The notes below the pieces were generated by a model. It did not search any database, was not told the DNA's origin, and saw only the letters and a program-made list of their open reading frames with translations. From contig CABYTF010000003.1 of NCBI GenBank assembly GCA_902521725.1, positions 81,709 through 145,708 of the forward strand: 64,000 nt of DNA, given 5' to 3'. Made by a program: the position numbers and the translations under genes. Position 1 is the first letter of the stretch. Each line of letters opens with the position of its first letter. Positions 30,617 to 41,231 of this stretch are shown here, one piece after another. Origin of the DNA: an uncultured Gammaproteobacteria bacterium. GTDB taxonomy: Bacteria > Pseudomonadota > Gammaproteobacteria > GCA-002705445 > GCA-002716945.

Positions 30617-31302
30617 TCGTTATGCAACGTAATGACCTTCTTTATAAATGGTATAGTTATTTTTCTTCGCATCGAAAGCGAAACTTTATCAAGATTCTTA
30701 ATTAGTGCGCATAAAAAATACAAGTCCCTACTGCAGTTATTCATTATGTATTGTAGAACTTTTTCATGTATCTCAAGACCTCTCTGAGAGCAATAAAATG
30801 TCATCATGTTTATTTTATCTGAATCGCTGAGATCACTTATAGTAAATATCTTATCTGAGAGTAGTCGAGAAGATAAATCTTTTAGTTGGATTCCACAATC
30901 ATTTACATCCGTTGATGATGATATTACTACGGGTTTTTTATAAAGAATTTGATTATTTATCAAGTTAAAAAGACTCTCCTCATCTTGTTTCGATGAGATT
31001 AACTTATCCAAATCGTCTATAACTAGTAACTCATAAAAATCAAGTGATACAAGGTCCGATAATTTAGATTTACTATCTATCAACGTAACGCTATCAAGGT
31101 ATGTATTGCATAAGGCCTCACAGATATGAGTTTTACCTGATGATTTATTGCCGTATATGAGAATTAGTTGATCAGTATCTATGATATTTTGTAAGGAGCT
31201 ATATAGTTTTTTATTATCACCGATAATAAAATTATCGAAAGTCTTCACAGTAAAAAATCCAAAATCTATTGGTATCTGATTATAATGAAGCTCTTGAGTC
31301 AT
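30613..31302 (-). CDS. hda: DnaA-homolog regulatory protein Hda-like AAA+ protein
   Basis: Walker A YGNKSSGKTHI. 229 aa. Adjacent to purMN as in E. coli. Confidence 0.6.
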   Translation of the reverse strand: MTQELHYNQIPIDFGFFTVKTFDNFIIGDNKKLYSSLQNIIDTDQLILIYGNKSSGKTHICEALCNTYLDSVTLIDSKSKLSDLVSLDFYELLVIDDLDKLISSKQDEESLFNLINNQILYKKPVVISSSTDVNDCGIQLKDLSSRLLSDKIFTISDLSDSDKINMMTFYCSQRGLEIHEKVLQYIMNNCSRDLYFLCALIKNLDKVSLSMRRKITIPFIKKVITLHND

Positions 31303-31354
31303 ATAAGTATCTATAATAATTCCTTTGGGATATAATTATACCCTATCTACAGTA

Positions 31355-32395
31355 ATGAATAATAAGCAAAAAACGAAAATTAATTACCAAAAATCAGGCG
31401 TTAGTATTGATAGAGCAGATAAGCTAATTTCTTCACTCAAATCTAAAAATATAAATAAAGATAAGAATGTCCTGTCAAATATTGGAGGGTTCTCTAGCCT
31501 CTATAAAATAGACACAAAGATTAAAGATCCAGTTATTGTCTCGGGTACAGATGGTGTAGGGACGAAATTAAAAATCGCTAATAAGCTTAAATGCCACAAA
31601 CATATCGGCCAAGATCTGGTTGCTATGTGTGTGAATGATATAATAACTAGTGGAGCAAAGCCTTTGTTCTTCTTGGATTATCTAGCGACGAGTAAAATAA
31701 AGCAGAACATACATTCTGATGTGCTCAAAAGTATAAAAAATGCATGCCATAAATGTGGAATGAGTTTGATAGGAGGTGAAACTGCGGAAATGCCAGGCAT
31801 GTATCATAGAGATGATTATGACATAGCAGGATTTTGTGTCGGAATAGTATCTCAAAAAAAAATTATATCTCCAAAAAAAGTCAAATCTGGAAATATCATC
31901 ATTGGTCTTCCATCGAGTGGTTTTCATTCAAATGGATTCTCTTTAATCAATAAATTAATTGAATCAAAAAGATTAAATCTAAACAAAGTTTTTCACAAAT
32001 CAAGCCTAGGCAATATTCTTATAAAGCCAACAAGACTTTACTGGAAAATAATTAATTCTCTCCAGAAAGAAATCCAAATAAATGGATTAGCTCACATAAC
32101 TGGTGGAGGTATTACAGATAATGTTCCGCGCATACTTCCTGATAACTTATCGGCAAGTATTGACCTACGTACTCTAAAAATACCTAATATATTTAGATAT
32201 ATTCAAGATTTGTCAAAAATAAATGATCTTGAAATGCTCCAAACTTTCAATTGTGGCATTGGTATGGCAGTTATCGTAGATGAAAGGAATATTTCAAAAG
32301 TAGATAAGATTTTCAAAAAAAATAGACAACCATACAAAATTATTGGTCAAATAATCTCCAAACCTTTCAAAGAAAAAATAATATATGTCGATTAA
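31355..32395 (+). CDS. purM: phosphoribosylformylglycinamidine cyclo-ligase
   Basis: YQKSGVSIDRADKL...VSGTDGVGTKL...DYLA PurM motifs. The tracked ORF starts 10 codons earlier. Confidence 0.85.
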   Translation: MNNKQKTKINYQKSGVSIDRADKLISSLKSKNINKDKNVLSNIGGFSSLYKIDTKIKDPVIVSGTDGVGTKLKIANKLKCHKHIGQDLVAMCVNDIITSGAKPLFFLDYLATSKIKQNIHSDVLKSIKNACHKCGMSLIGGETAEMPGMYHRDDYDIAGFCVGIVSQKKIISPKKVKSGNIIIGLPSSGFHSNGFSLINKLIESKRLNLNKVFHKSSLGNILIKPTRLYWKIINSLQKEIQINGLAHITGGGITDNVPRILPDNLSASIDLRTLKIPNIFRYIQDLSKINDLEMLQTFNCGIGMAVIVDERNISKVDKIFKKNRQPYKIIGQIISKPFKEKIIYVD

Positions 32396-33014
32396 AAAAA
32401 GCGTAGTTTTGTTTTCAGGTAATGGCTCTAATTTAAAAAATCTTTTGGAAAATAGTTCAAATATAAAAGATAAATTAATCTATGAAGGCGCCTTCACGAA
32501 TAATCCAAAAGCAGGAGGCATAGAGATTTGTCAAAATTTCAATCTAGATGTATGTGTATGTAGTGATGAAGATATTAACTCAGAATTATCTAAGTTTTTA
32601 AATCAACATGATCCGGATCTAATTGTGCTTGCAGGTTATATGAAAATAATACCTCCTGAAATTGTAAATCGATATTCTGGTAAAATAGTTAATATACATC
32701 CATCCCTTTTACCTAAGTATCCTGGGCTCAATACCTATGCAAAAGTTTTAGCTCATCATGATGTATATAATGGTGCGACGGTTCATTTTGTTACATGTGA
32801 TCTTGATCAAGGTCCAATAATAATCCAAGGTAAATATACTGTTCCAAATGGGTCAGACGAATCATCGCTACAGACTTTAACTCACAACGCTGAGCACATG
32901 ATATATCCTATTGCAGTAAAGTGGTTTGCAGACAACGTGATCAAAATGAAAGGGGGGAAACTATACTTCAACAATAGAATGATTGAATCTCCTATAGTTT
33001 TATTAATTGAGTAG
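32385..33014 (+). CDS. purN: phosphoribosylglycinamide formyltransferase
   Basis: VLFSGNGSNL...NIHPSLLPKYPG PurN motifs. Confidence 0.85.
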   Translation: MSIKKSVVLFSGNGSNLKNLLENSSNIKDKLIYEGAFTNNPKAGGIEICQNFNLDVCVCSDEDINSELSKFLNQHDPDLIVLAGYMKIIPPEIVNRYSGKIVNIHPSLLPKYPGLNTYAKVLAHHDVYNGATVHFVTCDLDQGPIIIQGKYTVPNGSDESSLQTLTHNAEHMIYPIAVKWFADNVIKMKGGKLYFNNRMIESPIVLLIE

Positions 33015-33729
33015 TCAGATGTATATCATTGTTAAATATATAATCATTTTTTTATGTATGTCACCAATACTTTCATATTCTGAGCCCGATCAATATAAAG
33101 CAGTCTATAGTTTTTCGCTAAAGGGAATTGAATTTGCTAACTCAGAGCACAACCTCACTTATGATAAGAATAGAGATGAATGGTGTATAAACACTATAAG
33201 CTATACAGTAAACATTTTTAGTCTCAAAGAAGATACGAGAACAGAAAATAGTTGTTTTACTTTTCATAAAACTAACAACACAGATTTAAACATACCATTG
33301 TTGAATGGTTACTTAGGATTTAAAAGCTATCACTTTGAGAGGATAAGATCAGGAGAAATAACTAGTGTTGTCAGTAAAGTGATTGACAGTGAAGTAGTAT
33401 CTACCCTTAATGAAAAGGAGGTTAGATATGATGATAATTCGAAACTTGATAGACTTACTGCTCAACTATTTGGTTATGCTCTTGGTGAGATAAATATAAA
33501 TGATAAAGGTCGTGAAAGAAAATATACTTTTAGACACATTCGTGATGATAAGATTAAAACAATTTTTGGAGACACTAACGTTAAAATTATTAAAAAAGAT
33601 ATTGTTAATAATAAAAGAAGCTCATTGATATGGTACTCCATAGACAATAACTACCTGCCAGTAATGATTGAACAATATAGACTAGATAAACTAATGTTTA
33701 GAGCAAAACTAAAAAGCTTCGAAGATTAA
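33007..33729 (+). CDS. DUF3108-like secreted protein
   Basis: Signal peptide. Occupies the position after purN that DUF3108 proteins commonly hold in gammaproteobacteria. Confidence 0.4.
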   Translation: MSSQMYIIVKYIIIFLCMSPILSYSEPDQYKAVYSFSLKGIEFANSEHNLTYDKNRDEWCINTISYTVNIFSLKEDTRTENSCFTFHKTNNTDLNIPLLNGYLGFKSYHFERIRSGEITSVVSKVIDSEVVSTLNEKEVRYDDNSKLDRLTAQLFGYALGEININDKGRERKYTFRHIRDDKIKTIFGDTNVKIIKKDIVNNKRSSLIWYSIDNNYLPVMIEQYRLDKLMFRAKLKSFED

Positions 33730-34926
33730 TTATTTCTGCCTTGTTTTTAATCTTAAAGAGTTAATCTTTATAAAGCCCTCAGCATCTCTTTGGTCATATG
33801 CTCCAGAGTCGTTTTCGAAAGTAGATAAGTCCTCGGAATACAACGAATTTGGCGATTTTCTACCTTCAACAATAACATTGCCTTTGAACAGTTTCAGTCT
33901 TACATTCCCTGATACCTTTGCTTGTGATTGGTCTATTAAATTTTGTATTGACTCTCTCTCGGGACTAAACCAGTAGCCATTATAAATCAGTCTAGAATAT
34001 CTATTTGTTAAATCCTCTTTTAAATGAAGCAGCTCTCTATCAAGAGTGATTGATTCCATTGCTTTGTGTGCTTTATAGTAGATTGTTCCACCAGGTGTTT
34101 CATAACAACCTCTTGATTTAATTCCGACATATCTGTTCTCTACTATATCATCCCTACCAATGCCATGATTGCCTGCCATGATATTCAAATGATGAAGTAC
34201 ATTCGAAGGACTCATTTTCTTGCCATTGATGGCAGAAATATCACCCTTGGTGAAGGTAAGATCTAAACGCTGTGGTTTTGATTTGCTATTTTCAAGCGAT
34301 TTAGTTCTTAGCCACATAGATTCTTCTGGTTTCCTCCATGGATCTTCAAGTATCCCTCCCTCATATGATGTATGTAAAATGTTTGCATCCATTGAGTAAG
34401 GGCTTTTTTTTCCATGATCAAAGTCAACTGCGATTTGATGTTTTCTAGCATATCTCATCAAATCAGACCGAGAAACGAAGTCCCATTCTCTCCATGGCGC
34501 TATTACTTTTATTTTTGGATTTAATGCATAGGCGGCTAGTTCAAACCTAACTTGATCATTGCCCTTACCTGTTGCACCATGACATATGTAATCAGCTTTT
34601 TCTTTTTTTGCTATTTCTATAAGCCGTTTGCTGATTAATGGTCTTGCAATTGACGTTCCTAAAAAATATTCTCCTTCATAAATCGCATTTGCTCTAAACA
34701 TTGGGTACACGTAATTTTTAACAAAATCTTCACGCAAATCCTCAATATAAATTTTTTTGATACCTAATTTTTTTGCTTTAACCCTAGCATCTCTTGTTTC
34801 CTCTCCCTGCCCAATGTCTGCGGTAAAGGTGACTACTTCAAGGTCATACTCTTCCATAAGCCATTTCGCAATGACGGAAGTATCTAAGCCACCAGAGTAA
34901 GCTAGAACAACCTTCTTAGGCCTCAT
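33730..34926 (-). CDS. argG: argininosuccinate synthase
   Basis: [13 protein letters not shown]...[13 protein letters not shown] ArgG signatures. Confidence 0.9.
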   Translation of the reverse strand: MRPKKVVLAYSGGLDTSVIAKWLMEEYDLEVVTFTADIGQGEETRDARVKAKKLGIKKIYIEDLREDFVKNYVYPMFRANAIYEGEYFLGTSIARPLISKRLIEIAKKEKADYICHGATGKGNDQVRFELAAYALNPKIKVIAPWREWDFVSRSDLMRYARKHQIAVDFDHGKKSPYSMDANILHTSYEGGILEDPWRKPEESMWLRTKSLENSKSKPQRLDLTFTKGDISAINGKKMSPSNVLHHLNIMAGNHGIGRDDIVENRYVGIKSRGCYETPGGTIYYKAHKAMESITLDRELLHLKEDLTNRYSRLIYNGYWFSPERESIQNLIDQSQAKVSGNVRLKLFKGNVIVEGRKSPNSLYSEDLSTFENDSGAYDQRDAEGFIKINSLRLKTRQK

Positions 34927-35374
34927 TCATATCCTCTGATATTTCTGCTTGAGGTTCAACCCACCTAAAACCTTTATCAGTAGATTCCTTTTTCCAAAAA
35001 GGAGCTTCACTTTTTAGTGCTTCCATGATTTCTCTAGTAGCATCGAATGCATCTTCTCTGTGTTCAGACCATGTTGCAACTAAAACAATTGGATCTGATG
35101 GACTAACAAGACCGACTCTATGTAAAATTATAGTATCAATAATTTTATATTTTTTAATGGCGTTCTCCGAAATCTTCTCAAGGTAGGACTCAGTCATCTC
35201 AGGGTAGTGCTGTAATTCCATAGACTTTATCTCATCACCAGAATTAATATCTCTCATAGTCCCTAAAAAAACACTGCACGCGCCTATATTTTTTCTATCT
35301 TTCAGCTGAGACTTTTTATAGTCAACAAGCTTCTGCCACGGATCAAACTCTTCATTTATAATTTCAATATACAT
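34916..35374 (-). CDS. moaE: molybdopterin synthase catalytic subunit
   Basis: 151 aa. MoaE-like with GxxxVFxGxxR-type core ([11 protein letters not shown]). Confidence 0.7.
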   Translation of the reverse strand: MYIEIINEEFDPWQKLVDYKKSQLKDRKNIGACSVFLGTMRDINSGDEIKSMELQHYPEMTESYLEKISENAIKKYKIIDTIILHRVGLVSPSDPIVLVATWSEHREDAFDATREIMEALKSEAPFWKKESTDKGFRWVEPQAEISEDMNEA

Positions 35375-35376
35375 AT

Positions 35377-35610
35377 TTAGCCACCTGTCACTGGGGGAAA
35401 GAAAGCAACTTCATCCTCATCTCTAAGTAAATAGTTTTCATCTACATACTCATGATTCACTGCCGTCATAACCTTACCAGCATATTTTATATTTTTTGAA
35501 ACATCTGTCCAAACTTCCCCAACAGTCATTTCATGCTGGAGTACTATTTTTTCAGAAGTCTTTCCTACTGCATCACTGATACTTGCAAAGTATTTTACTA
35601 CAATTATCAT
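35377..35610 (-). CDS. moaD: molybdopterin synthase sulfur-carrier subunit
   Basis: C-terminal ...FPPVTGG Gly-Gly. The likely start is MIIVVKYFA, so the tracked ORF is 7 codons longer. Confidence 0.65.
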   Translation of the reverse strand: MIIVVKYFASISDAVGKTSEKIVLQHEMTVGEVWTDVSKNIKYAGKVMTAVNHEYVDENYLLRDEDEVAFFPPVTGG

Positions 35611-35667
35611 TATTATGAATGAATGATACATATATGTTTGAGTAAGTTCAAATATAATGTATGAGGG

Positions 35668-35925
35668 TTACGCTCGAGTCCTTACTTTATTACTGAAAAC
35701 GACTCCTAATAAGATCGATAGATAACATACAATCAAATAGATCCAGTTGCCATCATTCAATGCTGGATAGATCGGGATTAGCGGAAAAAACATTGCCGTT
35801 CCTATAAAGCCTACAAGGATGTGGAACACACCATAATCTGGAAACATTTGAGCTAATATCTCAAAACCAGCGGCCAAAGCTGAGAGTATCGCAATTGAAT
35901 AGAAAATATATGACAAAACTCTCAC
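35668..35925 (-). CDS. small hydrophobic membrane protein, unknown function
   Basis: 85 aa with 2–3 predicted TM helices. Wedged between moaA and moaD. Confidence 0.35.
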   Translation of the reverse strand: MRVLSYIFYSIAILSALAAGFEILAQMFPDYGVFHILVGFIGTAMFFPLIPIYPALNDGNWIYLIVCYLSILLGVVFSNKVRTRA

Positions 35926-35926
35926 A

Positions 35927-36949
35927 TTATCCTCCGATGTAAGACATTTCGACCTTAGGTAGATCTCTTTTTGATGAAAATCTTATCTGAGAGTACTGAT
36001 CTGAGCGTTCCATCCAGATTTTTTTGAAGAACTCTAAAAGTTTTTCCTCATAATCACCAGATCTTATTACGCTTTTGATATCAAATCCATTGCTTGCGAA
36101 TAAGCAGGTGAATAGTTTACCATCAACAGAAAGTCTTGCTCTGTTACAGCTTGAGCAAAAGGGTTGGGTAATGGAAGATATTAATCCAATTGAAGAATTA
36201 CTACCTTTAATATGCCATTTTTTTGCGGTTGAGGAAGTCTCCGTTTTCATTTGCTTAAGACTATAATGCTGATTTATACTCTCAAGTAGACTCTCAGATG
36301 AGACAACTTTGCTTGGGTCCCATTTATTTGACTCACCAACATCCATATACTCTATGAATCTGATCTCAGATTTAAAATTTTTCATATGATTGATAATATC
36401 TATTACCTCATCATCATTGACACCCTTTATAACAACAGTATTTGTTTTTATAATATTAAAGTGCTTTTCGATACTCTCTAAAATAGGCATTAAGCTGAAA
36501 TTTTTTTTTGTACCATTAATAACAGAAATTTTATCTTTATCCAATGTATCTAAGCTTAAGGTAATTGAGTCCAGACCTGATTTTTTGAGTTCACTTACTT
36601 TATCATCTGATAACAAAGAGCCATTTGTTGTCATGCTAACATGATCAAGCATGACGTCTGTTTTGAGCTTAAAGATAAGTTTATCAATATTTTTTCTCAA
36701 AAGAGGTTCACCTCCTGTGATACGAACTTTCATCAAACCTATTTTTTTTAGGAGTTTGCAGATATCAATTATCTCCTCATATGACAAAATATTGTCCTGA
36801 GATATATAACTATAGTCTTTATTAAATATATCGGAGGGCATACAATAGCTGCACCTAAAATTACATCGATCAGTTACAGATATTCTTAAATATTCGAAAT
36901 TTCTTGATAGTTTGTCTGTTACAGTGTTAGTCACAAAATTTGCACTCAT
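35927..36949 (-). CDS. moaA: GTP 3',8-cyclase
   Basis: LRISVTDRCNFRCSYCMP radical SAM motif of MoaA. The C-terminal Cys cluster is present. Confidence 0.85.
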   Translation of the reverse strand: MSANFVTNTVTDKLSRNFEYLRISVTDRCNFRCSYCMPSDIFNKDYSYISQDNILSYEEIIDICKLLKKIGLMKVRITGGEPLLRKNIDKLIFKLKTDVMLDHVSMTTNGSLLSDDKVSELKKSGLDSITLSLDTLDKDKISVINGTKKNFSLMPILESIEKHFNIIKTNTVVIKGVNDDEVIDIINHMKNFKSEIRFIEYMDVGESNKWDPSKVVSSESLLESINQHYSLKQMKTETSSTAKKWHIKGSNSSIGLISSITQPFCSSCNRARLSVDGKLFTCLFASNGFDIKSVIRSGDYEEKLLEFFKKIWMERSDQYSQIRFSSKRDLPKVEMSYIGG

Positions 36950-37694
36950 GATCTTTGTTTATGGTTATAGTCTTAAACTCATAATTTTTCATATCGATCA
37001 ACATTAGTTTACTGCCGAAGTTATCACCTATGTCACAAATTAACTTGATGCATTCTGTTGCTAGCATAGTACCTACAAGCCCAGTGACACTTCCAAGTAT
37101 TCCTGAATCGAGACATGATGGAGAAGTGTCTGGCAAATCGTTATATAGGCATCTGTAACATGGCATGTCATCAAGGTCATTTCTAAAAGTAGCAATCTGA
37201 CCCTGCATTTTTATTGCCGCTCCACTTATTAGCGGTATCTTATTCGCTATTGAGATATTATTAATTTCACTCCTGGTTTGAAAGTTATCTGTACAGTCTA
37301 TAATGTAGTCATAATCTTTGAGCAGATCTTTATCAAATTTATTATCAATTTTTCTTGGAATTGACTTAATATCTATCTCTGAATTCAATGATTGAAGATT
37401 TTTTTTTGCTGCCTCAGCTTTTTTTTCAGATATATCATCTTCAGAGAATAAGACTTGACGATTTAAATTAGATAAAGACACATGATCAAAATCAATTAAA
37501 CACAAATGGCCTACTCCTGATGATGCTAGATATGTAGCTGCGGGGCATCCAATTCCTCCCAAACCAATTACTGCTACTTTTGATTTAAGAAGAGATAATT
37601 GACCGTCTATGTCTATCTCTGGTAAAACAATATTTCTGTTATATCTCAGAAGATCTTTGTCTTGAAGTTCAGCCTTTGTTTTTTTGGCTTGCAT
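36927..37694 (-). CDS. moeB: molybdopterin-synthase adenylyltransferase (ThiF/MoeB family)
   Basis: RYNRNIVLPEIDIDGQ...VIGLGGIGCPAA nucleotide-binding motif. C-terminal CxxC (HECKFCD). The likely start is MQAKK rather than the longer tracked ORF. Confidence 0.7.
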   Translation of the reverse strand: MQAKKTKAELQDKDLLRYNRNIVLPEIDIDGQLSLLKSKVAVIGLGGIGCPAATYLASSGVGHLCLIDFDHVSLSNLNRQVLFSEDDISEKKAEAAKKNLQSLNSEIDIKSIPRKIDNKFDKDLLKDYDYIIDCTDNFQTRSEINNISIANKIPLISGAAIKMQGQIATFRNDLDDMPCYRCLYNDLPDTSPSCLDSGILGSVTGLVGTMLATECIKLICDIGDNFGSKLMLIDMKNYEFKTITINKDHECKFCD

Positions 37695-37962
37695 TGAATT
37701 TTTCCAGCTGTTCTTTAGTAGCTTCTTTTTGATGTTTATTTTTGTACTCATCATATGGCATACCATAAACTAACTCTCTAGCTTGATCGTATGATATTTC
37801 CTCTCCATGAGTTGTTGATTCTGAGACATACCATTTAGAGATACAGTTTCTACAAAAATTAGCTAAGTTCATCAGATCAATATTCTGCACTTCGGGGTTA
37901 TCTTGTAAGTGCCTTACTATCCGTCTAAATGTAGCTGCTTCAATTTCTGTTTTTTTATCCAT
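37669..37962 (-). CDS. DUF1244-like small protein
   Basis: FRRIVRHL...NIDLMNLANFCRNCISKWY pattern, as I recall for DUF1244. 97 aa. Confidence 0.45.
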   Translation of the reverse strand: MDKKTEIEAATFRRIVRHLQDNPEVQNIDLMNLANFCRNCISKWYVSESTTHGEEISYDQARELVYGMPYDEYKNKHQKEATKEQLEKFNASQKNKG

Positions 37963-38001
37963 GGTTTAATGATACTACAGATCAATCTCTGGTGAAATAA
38001 A

Positions 38002-38883
38002 TTAAGGAATAGAATTAGCTAGCTTAATACCAAATAGAATTACTAGAAGGCCAAGAATATAATTCCAGCTGAATTGATCATTAAGAATAATGATACCAAA
38101 CAGGATAGCCCATAGTGGTATTAAAAAATTCATCATTGAAATAAATGATGCTCCCTCACTCTGCAATATTTGAAAATAAATTACTGTCGCGATAGCTGTA
38201 CACAAAACCCCAAGAAGTAAAATATTCATATCTAGTAGAAGGTTAGAATAACTTGGTTTCGATTGGTCTATGAATATTAAATAGATTGTCATGAAGAAAG
38301 TCGCAAATAAAATCGTACCTGTTGATGCACTAAGCGGATCAGTAATTTTATATTTCTTGCCATAGATTGCTGCAAATGCATAAAGTGTTGCTCCCAATAT
38401 TACTAATAATTGGGATTCAAATGTTTCGCTTATAGAGTTATCAATAAATAAATCATCCCGATATATAAGAATAAATACGCCTAGGAAAGATATTATAAAG
38501 CCTATAAATTTCTGTTTGTTCATTTTTTCATCGTCTAAAAACAGATGAGAAAGTAAGATAGTGGAGATTGGCATTGTAGCCATCAATATGCCGGCCATCG
38601 CACTATCAATATTCTTCTGACCAGTGATAATTGCAATAAATGGAATAACAATACCCACCAAGCTCATGAATAAGTAATAATTTACTTGAGCAAGATTTAT
38701 TGAAAATCTTTTATATAAAAAATATATCAATGCGACTAAAAACACCGATCCTGAAATAAGCCTTCCTGCAACGATCACCTCTGGCGTGAATGAGTCTAGA
38801 GCCATCTTATTAAGGGTGAATGCCCCGCCCCATATAGCAGATAGTAAAATTAGTAGGAACCAGTTAGATTTGACTAAATTCAT
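38002..38883 (-). CDS. EamA/DMT-family transporter
   Basis: About 10 TM helices with two EamA-like halves. Confidence 0.65.
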   Translation of the reverse strand: MNLVKSNWFLLILLSAIWGGAFTLNKMALDSFTPEVIVAGRLISGSVFLVALIYFLYKRFSINLAQVNYYLFMSLVGIVIPFIAIITGQKNIDSAMAGILMATMPISTILLSHLFLDDEKMNKQKFIGFIISFLGVFILIYRDDLFIDNSISETFESQLLVILGATLYAFAAIYGKKYKITDPLSASTGTILFATFFMTIYLIFIDQSKPSYSNLLLDMNILLLGVLCTAIATVIYFQILQSEGASFISMMNFLIPLWAILFGIIILNDQFSWNYILGLLVILFGIKLANSIP

Positions 38884-38903
38884 GTTAATATCATTGAAAG
38901 CAT

Positions 38904-39563
38904 ATGAAAATTTTATCTATAAATACTTCTGAACCGCAAAAGGTTATTTTTAATGGTAAAGAGCTTATCACAAGTATCTATAAAAAGCCTGTTTCAAAAA
39001 AGGTGCAAGTGACACCCCAAGGCATAGAAGGTGACAGGCAAGCTGATTTAAGTGTTCATGGTGGTTTTGATAAAGCAGTATATGGGTATTCTTACACTCA
39101 TTACAAACTATGGGGTGAACGTTTAGAAAAAGATTTCAAAGAATTTGGACTGGTTGGAGAAAACCTAACAATTGATGAGTTTGATGAAAACACTATAAAC
39201 ATCGGCGACAGATTCCAGATAAATGATTGTATTCTTCAAGTCAGTCAACCAAGGATTCCTTGTTATAAAATTGGGATTAAAATGAATAGCAGAGATTTTC
39301 CTAAAATGTTTTCTCAATCAGGTCTACTTGGAAGCTATTTCAGAGTTATCCAACAGGGTAGCATTGAAACCGGTGATCAAATAGAGAAGGTCCATTCAGA
39401 AGAAAATTCAATGAGCCTAAAAGAAATAGCCTCTGTCCTATTTGTAGATATAAAGAACATAGACCTAATGAAAAAAGCGCTCGATATTAAACCTTTAACT
39501 GAAGAGATCAAAGAAAAATTCAGAGAAAGGCTCATGAAACTTGGTGATTTTTCTTCGCTCTAA
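38904..39563 (+). CDS. yiiM: MOSC domain protein, YiiM-like (Moco-dependent)
   Basis: GDRQADLSVHGG...IGDRFQINDCILQVSQPRIPCYK aligns well to E. coli YiiM. Confidence 0.7.
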   Translation: MKILSINTSEPQKVIFNGKELITSIYKKPVSKKVQVTPQGIEGDRQADLSVHGGFDKAVYGYSYTHYKLWGERLEKDFKEFGLVGENLTIDEFDENTINIGDRFQINDCILQVSQPRIPCYKIGIKMNSRDFPKMFSQSGLLGSYFRVIQQGSIETGDQIEKVHSEENSMSLKEIASVLFVDIKNIDLMKKALDIKPLTEEIKEKFRERLMKLGDFSSL

Positions 39564-39566
39564 AAT

Positions 39567-39788
39567 ATGATTAAACGTCAAAATCTTAAGGTTGTTGAAA
39601 ATACAGTAAATAAAGTCTCATGCGCAGGTGATGAAAAGTCTGGCAAACATCCATTAGTTTATTTAACTATAAAAGATGGAAGTGCAGAATGTTATTACTG
39701 TGGTAAAATGTTCGTTACTAAAGATACACATGAGAAATACCTCAATAAAGTGAGAAAAAAATTTAAGAAAGCCACTAAAAATGTTTAA
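39567..39788 (+). CDS. zf-CHCC type zinc-finger small protein
   Basis: VSCAGDEKSGKHPLVYL...AECYYCGKMF pattern (C..H..C..C). Confidence 0.4.
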   Translation: MIKRQNLKVVENTVNKVSCAGDEKSGKHPLVYLTIKDGSAECYYCGKMFVTKDTHEKYLNKVRKKFKKATKNV

Positions 39789-40236
39789 AGAGAGAAAGAC
39801 AATAAAACAAGTTGAAGAGGGAAATGAGCTTGCTCCTAAATTTGACCAAAATGGTTTTATACCTGTCGTAACGACTGATGCTAAGTCAGGAATAGTTTTA
39901 ATGCATGCCTATATGAATGATGAGGCATTAAAGAAAACTATCGCGACTAAGGAAGCTCATTACTATAGTAGAAGCAGAAAATGTTTATGGCACAAAGGCG
40001 CGACTAGTGGATTAATACAAGATGTGAAAAATATATATATCGATGATGATCAAGACTGTGTTTGGTTGAATGTAATCGTTCGTGGCGAAGCCAGTTGTCA
40101 TGTGGGTTACAAATCATGTTTTTATAGAGAGATTGATATTGACTCAAAACAACTTGAACTCAAGTTTATTGAAGATGAAAAAATATTTGATCCTGATGAG
40201 GTTTATGGTGATGCACCAAACCCTACCATCCTATAG
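39781..40236 (+). CDS. hisI: phosphoribosyl-AMP cyclohydrolase (stand-alone)
   Basis: HAYMNDEALKKTIATKEAHYYSRSRKCLWHKGATSG...CHVGYKSCFY is the canonical PRA-CH. Confidence 0.8.
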   Translation: MFKERKTIKQVEEGNELAPKFDQNGFIPVVTTDAKSGIVLMHAYMNDEALKKTIATKEAHYYSRSRKCLWHKGATSGLIQDVKNIYIDDDQDCVWLNVIVRGEASCHVGYKSCFYREIDIDSKQLELKFIEDEKIFDPDEVYGDAPNPTIL

Positions 40237-40458
40237 ATTCAAGTTTTTAACAAAAAAATTGGCAAATAAACCCAGCAAGTAAAGTGTTACTATTAAATAG
40301 ACAATTCCTAGTGACATTGACGAGAAAAAATATAATATTGACGGAATTGGACTGTATTGCGAAAAATATCCATGGGTAAAATGTATAAATATTAACAATG
40401 GTATGGATATTAGAGAACCATGTAATACGTTTTTAATAATGCTTTTAATAAAATCCAT
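40231..40458 (-). CDS. small membrane protein, unknown function
   Basis: 75 aa, two hydrophobic segments. Weak support. Confidence 0.25.
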   Translation of the reverse strand: MDFIKSIIKNVLHGSLISIPLLIFIHFTHGYFSQYSPIPSILYFFSSMSLGIVYLIVTLYLLGLFANFFVKNLNL

Positions 40459-40469
40459 AGCTTTACCTA

Positions 40470-41231
40470 ATGTCTAAAATCAGTATATCAAAAAAAACTG
40501 CTTGGTCACTTATTTTAAAAATTAATACTAAAATTTCATGCAATAATAATTTAGTTAATATTAATGAAGATATAAGTGGTCATAAAATTAATATTATCTT
40601 CAACAAGAGCAATAATCATATAGAAAATTCCAATCTAAGAGATGATCATGAAGTAAATGACTTACTTAAAATTTTCCTCCCTATCGTTTGCTCCTCAAAA
40701 AAAACACAATTTATTGCACACATCGCACAGTCATTGGACGGTTTCATTGCGACTAATTCAGGAGAATCAAAATATATAAGTAGTAAAGAAAACTTAGACC
40801 ATATACATCGTTTACGTGCTATCTCAGATATCATAATTGTAGGCGCCAATACTTTTCGTGAAGATAAACCAAAACTGACAACACGGTTGGTTGAGGGCAA
40901 TAATCCTAAAATATATGTGTTTGATCCAAAAAAAATTCTTAAATCAAATCAAACATCAAACATAAAAGTAATAAGTGATAAAGATATAATGAGAAATAAA
41001 TTTAAGAAATACAAGACAATATATATTGAAGGTGGTGGAAGAACAATTTCATATTTTATGGAAAAAAATATACTTGATCGTATTCATGTCTGTCTATGTC
41101 CTATCATGCTCGGTGGAGGAAGGCCTTCTTTTATTGAAAACAAAAACATAAGTATAAACAATTTAAAATCTTATGATCCAAAGCATTATCAAATGGGAAA
41201 TGATGTTCTGTTCGATCTTAAGGTTAGATAG
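40470..41231 (+). CDS. RibD C-terminal-domain (dihydrofolate reductase-like) reductase with low-complexity N-terminal extension
   Basis: FIAHIAQSLDGFIATNSGESKYISSKENLDHIHRLRAISDIIIVGANTFRED is the RibD_C/DHFR-like fold signature. Confidence 0.5.
   Translation: MSKISISKKTAWSLILKINTKISCNNNLVNINEDISGHKINIIFNKSNNHIENSNLRDDHEVNDLLKIFLPIVCSSKKTQFIAHIAQSLDGFIATNSGESKYISSKENLDHIHRLRAISDIIIVGANTFREDKPKLTTRLVEGNNPKIYVFDPKKILKSNQTSNIKVISDKDIMRNKFKKYKTIYIEGGGRTISYFMEKNILDRIHVCLCPIMLGGGRPSFIENKNISINNLKSYDPKHYQMGNDVLFDLKVR

Noticed and set aside
40082-40282. 66-aa plus-strand ORF overlapping the hisI 3' end
   Set aside because: It is out of frame within hisI, whose frame is strongly supported by PRA-CH motifs.
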